A program made the translations under genes and the position numbers. This document shows positions 9,256 through 16,809 of a stretch of 18,680 nt of DNA, piece after piece. The notes beneath the pieces are model-generated. The model had not been told where the DNA came from. It saw nothing but the letters and a program-made list of their open reading frames with translations, and ran no database searches. Source of the DNA: an uncultured Oligoflexus sp. (GTDB lineage: Bacteria > Bdellovibrionota_B > Oligoflexia > Oligoflexales > Oligoflexaceae); contig CAXSGP010000092.1 in the NCBI GenBank assembly GCA_964236955.1, positions 1-18,680 of the forward strand. Direction: 5' to 3'. Position 1 is the stretch's first letter; each line of letters begins with the position of its first letter.

Positions 9256-9469
9256 AGACAGGATTGTATTCTGGAAACTGCCGGCAATTAAGCCCGTTGC
9301 CTTTGGCGAAGGCGGAAGAAGGGGATTGGAAAAAAGGCTTTTGCTTCAATCGCCGCTTTCCCAAGGCGAAAAACTCTCTCCGGCGATGGGTCCGCCAGGT
9401 CCGGTAGGATCGAGGTCACTGCGGCCGTGATGGCCACGAAAGTTGCAGAGTGGGTTGTGCCGCCCCGAT

Positions 9470-9517
9470 TTGGAGCGGCGCTCAGCGTAAGCCGGGCAGC
9501 GGAGGAGCGCCGCCCAA
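9470..9517. repeat. GC-rich stem-loop downstream of the dienelactone hydrolase gene
   Basis: TTGGAGCGGCGCTC (9470-9483) pairs with GAGCGCCGCCCAA (9505-9517): 13 bp with one bulge, no T-tract. Confidence 0.45.
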
Positions 9518-9541
9518 GCCGGTGCCTGCGCTGGTCAAAAA

Positions 9542-10327
9542 TCAGAGAGTTTCCTTAAGAAACCGCGTAGCGTCAGCAAACGAACGATTGTCGGCTTTTT
9601 CGTTATAAGCGGCGCCTTTGCTATTGTCTGTGCCCATGCCTTTTTCGGTAAAGCTATGAACCGCGCCGCCGAATTTCACGAGTTGCCAGTCGACTTTGCT
9701 GTCGCGCATCTCCGTTTCAAAAGCAGTGAGATCCTCTGGTTTCTCAAAGGGGTCATCGGCTCCGTGCAAAGCGAGGACGTGGGCTTTGATGTTTTTACCG
9801 TCGGCGGGACTCGGACTGTCGAGGCCGCCATGGAAACTTACGACAGCCTTAATATCAGCTCCGGATCGAGCCAATTCCAGCGCCCCGGTACCACCAAAAC
9901 AATAGCCGACGGCGGCAAGCTTACTTTGATCAATATTGGATTGTTTTTTCAATTCATTGAGGCCCAACATAAGGTTTTCGCGAAAAAGTTTACGATTGCC
10001 TTTGAATTTGCCGGCAAGTTTGCCCGATTCTTCAGTATTTTTAGGGCGGACACCTTGGCCGTAAATATCCGCAGCAAAAACGACATAACCAAGATTCGCA
10101 AAACGAGTCGCCTGGGTTTTGGTTTCCCCGGTGATTCCCATCCAGTTGTGGATCATGAGGATTGCCGGGGCCTTGTCTTTGAGGGTATCAGGAAAGACCA
10201 GCATCCCCTCAAACGAATCGGCACCTTTTTTATAGACGATGGTCTTGGTTTTTACCGCAGAAAATGCGCTGCCTGTAAGCAGGAGGGCGGTGCAGCTGAG
10301 CAGACCTAAAGATTTTTTAATAGCCAT
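9542..10327 (-). CDS. Dienelactone hydrolase family protein with signal peptide (261 aa from ATG 10327)
   Basis: IHNWMG, GYCFGG nucleophile, SFHGGL, HGADDP and GAVHSFT (Cys-Asp-His triad); signal peptide ending AFS-A; AAGGA RBS before ATG 10327. Confidence 0.93.
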   Translation of the reverse strand: MAIKKSLGLLSCTALLLTGSAFSAVKTKTIVYKKGADSFEGMLVFPDTLKDKAPAILMIHNWMGITGETKTQATRFANLGYVVFAADIYGQGVRPKNTEESGKLAGKFKGNRKLFRENLMLGLNELKKQSNIDQSKLAAVGYCFGGTGALELARSGADIKAVVSFHGGLDSPSPADGKNIKAHVLALHGADDPFEKPEDLTAFETEMRDSKVDWQLVKFGGAVHSFTEKGMGTDNSKGAAYNEKADNRSFADATRFLKETL

Positions 10328-10588
10328 TAGCAAGATCCTTTAAAAGGGAAGTTTGAGCCAGGTAAAACGGGCCTAGGAAAAAATATATGGAATGACGTTC
10401 GCATAAATGGATCCTTGGATCAATGACGCAATGCATCAGCCGAGCTGGGTGTTTAGGGTCAGCAAACGGACATAAACTGAAAAGTACTTTCACGGGTGGT
10501 CATTTCCATAAATTTTCTTTAAGAAAGAGTTCCTGCTGATCATCAACAGGCCCCACATAAAGATCGATCTCTCACTTTCGAGGCTAAT

Positions 10589-11416
10589 ATGATTAGATTT
10601 CTTGTTTTATTCGGCACTATAGGACTTTTATCGGCCTGTGGAAACGGCCAGGGCCTTACGAGTGACACGGCTAATTTTTTGGAAGGCGGGGGTTGGCGGG
10701 TAGAAAGTAGCCCTTATAATCTCGCCCCTGGCTCGACCCTTGCTGTCTGTGATACCGAAAACACCGGAAAAAGTGACCTTATTGTCGAGGCAGTCAAAAT
10801 CTGGCTCGATGCAGGCGGCCGGGATGATCGACTTAAAGTGATAAAGACTTGCGTAGGCGATCGCGTGATTCGACTCCACAAACTCTTGGCTGATGTGGAT
10901 TTCTACGGGCGAGCCCACCCCATGCTTGGCAACGTGAATCACGTCGATGTGCCAAGGCAATGGGCTGGGCATTGGACGGCAAACCATGAGGTGGGGCATA
11001 TTTTTGGGTTCGGACATATTTTTAATCATCGCGTTTCCATTATGAACAGCGAAGAAAACGGCAAATACATGAATGGTGGCGAGCTTTCTGCCTATGATAG
11101 GAGTGAAGTCAAACGCATGCTAGGCCTGAGCCCATTCACTCGCGTGAATTCACTATGGGCAAGTCCAATTCCACGGGACAATTTCCCTATCCTGCCCACC
11201 CTCCGTCCGGATTCTAGTGCTGCGTTATCGGGATCTGCGCCTAGTCCTATCGCTCCTGTTGCTTCGAGCCGACAGTTATCCTGTCTCGGGGCCAATCGGG
11301 TGACTCGCTATGCCCATGGAACGCTCACGAGCTACCAGGGCAATAGTTATAGCTGTCGCGATGGGGTTTGGATTTTTTCGGCTGGAATTCGCGCTCACGG
11401 GGCCGGAGGGGTTTGA
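10589..11416 (+). CDS. Lipoprotein zinc metallopeptidase (metzincin, matrixin/M10-like)
   Basis: Lipobox LSAC, HEVGHIFGFGH (10985-11017), Met-turn SIM, Pro/Ser linker and a small two-Cys C-terminal module; GAGG RBS. Confidence 0.88.
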   Translation: MIRFLVLFGTIGLLSACGNGQGLTSDTANFLEGGGWRVESSPYNLAPGSTLAVCDTENTGKSDLIVEAVKIWLDAGGRDDRLKVIKTCVGDRVIRLHKLLADVDFYGRAHPMLGNVNHVDVPRQWAGHWTANHEVGHIFGFGHIFNHRVSIMNSEENGKYMNGGELSAYDRSEVKRMLGLSPFTRVNSLWASPIPRDNFPILPTLRPDSSAALSGSAPSPIAPVASSRQLSCLGANRVTRYAHGTLTSYQGNSYSCRDGVWIFSAGIRAHGAGGV

Positions 11417-11428
11417 TGGGGAGCTTGC

Positions 11429-11460
11429 GGAAGGGACGAGGATGCGTCCTCCTCCCTTCC
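11429..11460. terminator. Hairpin between the convergent peptidase and DUF1552 genes (possible terminator)
   Basis: GGAAGGGA-C-GAGGA-TGCG-TCCTC-C-TCCCTTCC, 13 bp; U-tract weak. Confidence 0.5.
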
Positions 11461-11490
11461 TTCACCGGCGATCTCATTTCTGCTTTGAAC

Positions 11491-12915
11491 TTAGCCGAGC
11501 AATTCCTTCAGGGGACCAACCGAGGATTTGTTACCTACGGTTTGTACGTTGAGTCCCATAACCTGAGCGATGGAAACGAGAAAGTGATTATAATCCACGC
11601 CCGAGCCCGTGGCATAACTATCGTAGGGATAGGAGATGATGCGGTTCCCTTTGATTTTTCCGCCGAGCGTTCCGGCTATAAAACAAGGAATCGCCACTCC
11701 GTTGTGCTCGTTTGGTCGGTCACCGATATCACTCACGGCAATGACTAGCGTTTGATCAAATAATGAACCGCTGCCGACTTTGATCGCCTTAAGGTCGGAG
11801 ATCACCGTCGCGATTTGAGTCATGATACCGCCCTGCATCGCCAGGTTTTCCGGGCCTCTTTCGTGGGTTGTGCCGTGGTATCCAACCGTCGTTTGCGGCA
11901 GCCCTTCGAAGTTAAAGGAGTTACCGCAATCAGAGAATCCATATTGCATCACGCCGACTCTTGATAGGCCGCAGGCTATGGCTTCGACCATCATCTTGCG
12001 GTTGAAGGTGTTGATCGCCGGAGTGAGTTCGGGCTTATGATACCAATTCGCCCCCGATCCAGGCGGAACGCTGAGGCTTTTCGGGTTGCACCGGGCTATG
12101 CCAGGGGCCGGATCAGAACCTGGCGTCGGCACAGGAGCAGGGGCCGGGGTTGGCAGGGAACCGGCCGGGCCTGGAGCGGGCATCATCGGCTTGGGTTCGG
12201 CCGCAGCGATCGCGACAATCAACTGGTCAAGCGCGCTGACATGCTTTTCGAAGATTTGACCCTCGATAGCCCCGAGCTTGCCTTTGATGCGGTTCATATC
12301 CGAACGTACAAAATCGAGCATCCGCTTTTTGCCGCCTTTGATTTCGAGATCGGCAAGCGCGAGGCCCGAACTGCCGGCAAAGTTTGCCGTGGCTGTGAAT
12401 CCACCGAAGAAATCTTCAAAGGCCGCCTTAGGATTATCCTGAGCATTAAGGGGGGTGCCTTTCTTATCGTGGATAATCGATTCGATAGTGCCTGCATTGG
12501 TCGTCTGCACGCCCAGGGCAATCGATCTTTTGGCAAAGCTATCAGCCAACTGTTGATCGAGTGAATAGAGAGGGCCCGAACTTCCATCGTGACCCGCGAG
12601 AACTTGTTTTGGACCACCGTAGTGATTCGAGGCGCCTCGAGTGGAGAGGCCCCGAATAAAGGTCAACGAGTCCTTATGGGCAGCCAGTGGCTTTGTTACG
12701 GCCCCAAAGCTTTCAATGCCACCCGCGCCGCCGGTCGGCCAGTAATCAGCGGCATGCGACCCGCCGCCGTAATAGAAGAAAATAACATTGGGCTTCGAGA
12801 CATCCTGCCCAAGCGCTTCGGTCTCCCGGAACATCCTCATGAGAGGAAGGAGAAGCATGGTAGCACTGGCATTTTCTAGCAGCTTACGACGATTGATGTT
12901 TTGTTTAGAACTCAT
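11491..12915 (-). CDS. DUF1552 domain protein with Tat-like signal (474 aa)
   Basis: INRRKLL twin-Arg leader, PLAAHKD.LTFIRGL, SLDQQLA, SIALGVQ, NPKAAFEDFFG, AIACGLSRV, YHGTTH, GSLFDQTLV...SD and H..V..P; lies directly downstream of a DUF1592 gene with a 1-bp TGATG overlap. Confidence 0.88.
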   Translation of the reverse strand: MSSKQNINRRKLLENASATMLLLPLMRMFRETEALGQDVSKPNVIFFYYGGGSHAADYWPTGGAGGIESFGAVTKPLAAHKDSLTFIRGLSTRGASNHYGGPKQVLAGHDGSSGPLYSLDQQLADSFAKRSIALGVQTTNAGTIESIIHDKKGTPLNAQDNPKAAFEDFFGGFTATANFAGSSGLALADLEIKGGKKRMLDFVRSDMNRIKGKLGAIEGQIFEKHVSALDQLIVAIAAAEPKPMMPAPGPAGSLPTPAPAPVPTPGSDPAPGIARCNPKSLSVPPGSGANWYHKPELTPAINTFNRKMMVEAIACGLSRVGVMQYGFSDCGNSFNFEGLPQTTVGYHGTTHERGPENLAMQGGIMTQIATVISDLKAIKVGSGSLFDQTLVIAVSDIGDRPNEHNGVAIPCFIAGTLGGKIKGNRIISYPYDSYATGSGVDYNHFLVSIAQVMGLNVQTVGNKSSVGPLKELLG

Positions 12916-14750
12916 CAGTGGGCTCCTGTCAAATTTAGGGAGGCGGCTTTTATGGTCCCGGCATCGGGCAACTGGCCCATCAGGCGAAGCCTGAAAGCCG
13001 GGCTGGCAACGAGCGAGAGAATGGCACTCTGAAGTTGGCCGCCGTTTTTTTGCAATTCGCTGGTCGTGGCCTCGATTTCGCAGCTATCAAGTTTGCTCTG
13101 CACGCTGTCTTTGACTGCCGGTGCCGCACCGAGTAGCATCGTCGGCGCATACTCACGGCGGCCCAGAGTATAACGGAAGGCCTGACGAACAAAACATTCG
13201 AGGCCTTGCCTGGATTCACCGATGGCTTTTGATAGATCGGCGGCGCTATGGAGGTCGACTTCCTCACCGTCCAGGGTAAATTTTTCATCGATCGAAATGG
13301 GTTGACCGGCATCCATGCTGCGGAAAGCTCCGTTGATATCAAAGTTTTCCAGGGCGAAGCCAAAGGGATCCAGCATTGCATGACAAGGCGCGCAGGCTGC
13401 AAATTTCGAGTGGACTGCAAAACGCTCCTTATTGGAGATGCCGACTTTCAATTCGGGGATGGGAATGGCCGGGACCTGCCCGAAGTCGACACAAAGCAGA
13501 CGTTTCGCAACGAAGGCTCCCCGCGTGATGGGGTTGGGTGTGTCGGTGAACGCGCGGCTTGCCAGGAATGATGCTTGGCCAAGGATCCCGCGTCGTTGCT
13601 CTTCTTTGTACAGGATCTTACCGTCGGCACCGGGCATTGAGCCATAAATGAAGGCACTTGTGGCATTTCCCGGAGTGTATTTTGAATTGAGGAGTTCCTG
13701 GAAAGTGCCATTTTTAGCGTCGAACATTGTATTGATGAAAAGATTCTTCACTTCATCCTGAAGGTTATCTTTGGCTGCTTGCGTAAACTTAGGATCGGCC
13801 TTGTTAGTATTGGAAATCTGCTGACCATCAAACCACATGTTGCCGAATTCCCCCATGGCAATTTTCGCTTTGGGGTCGGCCAGCAAACGCTTCGCCTCCT
13901 TGGTAATGGCCTCCGATGTTTTGAGCCTGTCGCCTTTCGCGAGTTCGCGCAGTTGGGCATCGGGCGGGTGACGCCAGATCAAATAGGAGAGCGCTGACGC
14001 CACTTCCCATGAACTAAGCTCGAACTCTTTAGCGTCGTTCATGACGCCGAGTTCGCTTCTATACATGAAGTTAGGGGAAAGAATAAGCGCCTGGATCACA
14101 TATCCAAAAGCCCCATCCGTTGTTACTCCATCCGAGACCAGGTTTTTAAAAAGCTCGGTGAAGAGTGTCGTGTCCTCGGCTGTAAGGGGACGGCGCCAGG
14201 CCTGTAAGCCTAACTCGCTAATCTTTTGGGACAGGCAGTTCGCACCCTCGCTCTTACAGGGAAAAATTTTAGAGTAGTCGATGGCTTTGGATATATCCTG
14301 CGCCAAGGTCACGTAGCCTTTAAAGCGATTGATGTCCATAAAGTTTTCGCTGGCCTGAACCGTATCGAAGGCTGAATTCTTCGGCATATCGGCGATGAGG
14401 GAACCGAAATCGACAGTACTGTCCGTCACCCCGAAAACGTCTTTGGCGGTATTAGCGATCTCTACGTTGCTAAGTCTTCGCCAAGCTCTGATTCCGCGCC
14501 TGGTATCCGTTTTATTACAGACGAGATTCAGGTAATCTTCAGTCGAAGCGCCTACTTTTACATCTTCCCCCAGTCCGGAGTTCGGATTTTCAGTACCAGC
14601 CTCGCCGTCCGTATCGCCATCGCCCTTGTCCTTCACAGGGCTTGGGTTCTTCCTGTTCTCTTTAAGAGATGGCGCCGTCGGAGGGGCATTGCAGGAATTT
14701 AATATCGAGCTTAACACTAAGCTTAAGGCTATTTGAAAATTCAGCTTCAT
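12915..14750 (-). CDS. DUF1592/DUF1588/DUF1587/DUF1595/DUF1585 family lipoprotein with one CxxCH (611 aa from ATG 14750)
   Basis: Lipobox LNSC, RRLSNVEIANT, AWRRPLT, LSPNFMYRSE, EVASALSYLIW..PPD.L, RRGILGQASFL, PITRG, CAPCH (13380-13394), DPFGFALENFD..G.FR and ECFVRQ.FRY.LGR. GGAG lies 7 nt before ATG 14750. Confidence 0.9.
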   Translation of the reverse strand: MKLNFQIALSLVLSSILNSCNAPPTAPSLKENRKNPSPVKDKGDGDTDGEAGTENPNSGLGEDVKVGASTEDYLNLVCNKTDTRRGIRAWRRLSNVEIANTAKDVFGVTDSTVDFGSLIADMPKNSAFDTVQASENFMDINRFKGYVTLAQDISKAIDYSKIFPCKSEGANCLSQKISELGLQAWRRPLTAEDTTLFTELFKNLVSDGVTTDGAFGYVIQALILSPNFMYRSELGVMNDAKEFELSSWEVASALSYLIWRHPPDAQLRELAKGDRLKTSEAITKEAKRLLADPKAKIAMGEFGNMWFDGQQISNTNKADPKFTQAAKDNLQDEVKNLFINTMFDAKNGTFQELLNSKYTPGNATSAFIYGSMPGADGKILYKEEQRRGILGQASFLASRAFTDTPNPITRGAFVAKRLLCVDFGQVPAIPIPELKVGISNKERFAVHSKFAACAPCHAMLDPFGFALENFDINGAFRSMDAGQPISIDEKFTLDGEEVDLHSAADLSKAIGESRQGLECFVRQAFRYTLGRREYAPTMLLGAAPAVKDSVQSKLDSCEIEATTSELQKNGGQLQSAILSLVASPAFRLRLMGQLPDAGTIKAASLNLTGAH

Positions 14751-14825
14751 AGGACGGCTCCGTGATCGAAATGCCTGGCATAACTCAGTTAGAAGGGTCA
14801 AATGTGGTCATGAAACAGCCATCCG

Positions 14826-14853
14826 ATATCGGCTATATTAGAGCGAAACTTGA
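14826..14853 (-). promoter_or_regulatory. Sigma-28 (FliA/SigD)-type promoter TCAAGTTT-N12-GCCGATAT
   Basis: Both elements are close to the consensus TAAAGTTT-N11-GCCGATAA; correct strand, about 75 nt upstream of the DUF1592 ATG. Confidence 0.7.
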
Positions 14854-14910
14854 GGACTTTTCGGGATTTATTCGCCTGCCTGCCTGCGAATCGCGGCATC
14901 GGAGGGGATG

Positions 14911-14943
14911 AAAAAGGCCCCGGACCAAGTGGCTGCGGGGCTT
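14911..14943 (-). terminator. Intrinsic terminator of the ADP-ribosyltransferase gene
   Basis: Minus strand reads AAGCCCCG-CAGCCACTTGGTC-CGGGGCC-TTTTT, 45 nt after the stop at 14989. Confidence 0.75.
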
Positions 14944-14988
14944 GTGAAATTTATTTTTTCATGGGAGCGGTATCACTGCGGGGATTTC

Positions 14989-16164
14989 CTAGTGGGACTC
15001 CGAAGAAATTTCGTCGGAAGGTCCGTTCGGATCACGTTCGCCCCTGCTGCCACTTTCCGGCTCACTGTTAAGGTCGAGAACCTCCGTGTCCGGCATTCCA
15101 CTGAAGTCGACTGCAGTCTCAATCGCATCGGGTGTCTCGGTATCGACAACGGCTCCTTCTTCTGCTGTTTCATTTTTATATTCTGCCGACTCTATCAGTT
15201 CTTCATCATTTGCCTCAGAGACTTCAGTCAAGCCCAAGAGTTTGGTTTTCTTAGCCGGCGTCTGCGCCGTTGTCTTGGCACCCGCTTTTCCCGGCGTTGC
15301 TCCGGCTTTGCCGGCAGCTGGGAGCTTGGTCTTCGGCTTTGAACTTGCTAGCTTGGGATAATCGTTTTTATCAGAGCCCGTAAGAGTAGGGACCACGTTT
15401 TGCTTAGCGCCCGAGGTTATGGCTTTGAACTTGGTTCCACCTGGAACGTGTTCGAGCTCAAGATTACCAGCCCAGCTGCTGCCTTTTTTCTTCAAAAGAG
15501 ACTTCGTGACGATAAAGTTAGATCCTGGCGGGAAAAGGATTTCCTTGTCTTTAGGGAATTCAGAAATCGATGAAATATCATGACATGCTTTGGATTTGAT
15601 AATAAAAGTAATATTCTTTTGAAAAGCAGCGGGTACCGTCGGCGAGGTACTCATGAAACCCTGCTCCTCAAAACGCTTTGCCTTGATGATCTTATCGACG
15701 ATGGCGGTAGGAAGGTCAAGGCCACGTTTTGTGGTGCAGGCCTTGGCTGGAATCTTGTTCAAGCCAGACGCGGCCGCTTTAACAATGTTGGCATAAATCG
15801 AGAGCGATGAGGCTTTTTTGGTGCGCAGCGCGGTATTGACTTTAGAATAGGCGCTACTTGTATAGAGACGGAGTGCAATCGCTTCGTCTTTAGTCATGCC
15901 GCCCTGGAGTTTGGTTTTAGCCAAGGCTTTCGCCATCGCATCATAATTGAATTTATTCTTGGTCATTTCTTTTTTCATACCGGCAAAGACTTTGGCGTCG
16001 GCTTTCTTATAGGTGGTAAAGTCGGTCTTGCCCCCAGCTGAGTTACTGGCAGCGGCATCGAGTTTACTATCGCCGACATCACCGATTTTACAGGCAGACA
16101 TCGTAAAGATCATGGCCAGGATGGAAATTGGGGCTAATAATGGAATGCGAAAAATCTTCTGCAA
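14989..16164 (-). CDS. Lipoprotein ADP-ribosyltransferase, R-S-E (ARTC; C3/VIP2/exoenzyme-like) family
   Basis: Lipobox MSAC, EAIALRLYT..Y..VN.ALR, KRG (Arg 15724-15726), FMSTS (STS 15643-15651), DIS.IS.FPKDKEILFPPG (Glu 15541-15543); Lys/Ala-rich linker then acidic tail; TTG start with GAGGT RBS. Confidence 0.88.
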   Translation of the reverse strand: MQKIFRIPLLAPISILAMIFTMSACKIGDVGDSKLDAAASNSAGGKTDFTTYKKADAKVFAGMKKEMTKNKFNYDAMAKALAKTKLQGGMTKDEAIALRLYTSSAYSKVNTALRTKKASSLSIYANIVKAAASGLNKIPAKACTTKRGLDLPTAIVDKIIKAKRFEEQGFMSTSPTVPAAFQKNITFIIKSKACHDISSISEFPKDKEILFPPGSNFIVTKSLLKKKGSSWAGNLELEHVPGGTKFKAITSGAKQNVVPTLTGSDKNDYPKLASSKPKTKLPAAGKAGATPGKAGAKTTAQTPAKKTKLLGLTEVSEANDEELIESAEYKNETAEEGAVVDTETPDAIETAVDFSGMPDTEVLDLNSEPESGSRGERDPNGPSDEISSESH

Positions 16165-16298
16165 TGGCCACCTCTAAAATTGAATTTCTGCCGTTTTGAA
16201 AAACCTGGATCCGCACGCACTGATCCCTATACTGAACGAAGTTCAGTTTTGAGTTTTTGTTCTTCTTTTGGGATTGAGCTTGCGCTGTGTTATGGCCC

Positions 16299-16326
16299 TT
16301 ATCGGCATTCTGGGGCAAAAACTTAA
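16299..16326 (-). promoter_or_regulatory. Sigma-28 (FliA/SigD)-type promoter TTAAGTTT-N12-GCCGATAA
   Basis: Perfect -10 and 7/8 -35; same N12 spacing as the 14826-14853 promoter; about 135 nt upstream of the ART start on the coding strand. Confidence 0.75.
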
Positions 16327-16809
16327 ATGGAAAATGGCATCCTTACGAAAGGAGGTGATGACCTTAGGTAAAACAAGCGCTTATCGAACTTTTTAATCGC
16401 GAAAAAAATGCTGTTAAAAGTATTTTGGTGAAAACCGAGCCAGGGAGAAGTGGGACAAAAATCTAATGCGTGAGACGAGGTGGCAATCGTCATTCGGAGC
16501 GAACGAGATTCGATTTTGATTGAACAAAACTTTGACGGCAATGTGCAAACTAACGATCATTTTTTAATAAAAACCATTTTATTATCGCTTGGCCAAAAAC
16601 CCCAGCCCAGCCGCCTATCTTAAACAAGCCAACTCTAGCTCTCTGAAAAACATCATCTTTGCAGAGGAGAGTCGCGATTGCAGATCTCTTGCTTAAGAGA
16701 GTAATACTCTCGCGAATCCATTCCATCCGTAAGAATTGCGGGCCTATAAAAGTGAGCACGATTCTTGCTTTCAACCCTGCACAACCCGTGCGCCCTGAAG
16801 GAAATAATT

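Noticed and set aside
9656..10309. 217-aa plus-strand ORF
   Set aside because: Antisense shadow of the well-supported dienelactone hydrolase; no motifs.
12037..12564. 175-aa plus-strand ORF and other long antisense ORFs (14908-15342, 7871-8290, 4593-5057)
   Set aside because: Shadows of supported genes on the opposite strand.
14751..14801. N-terminal extension of the DUF1592 ORF to TTG 14801 (similarly starts at 16765, 10333 and 6889)
   Set aside because: Downstream ATGs have better RBSs and give canonical signal peptides or family N-termini.
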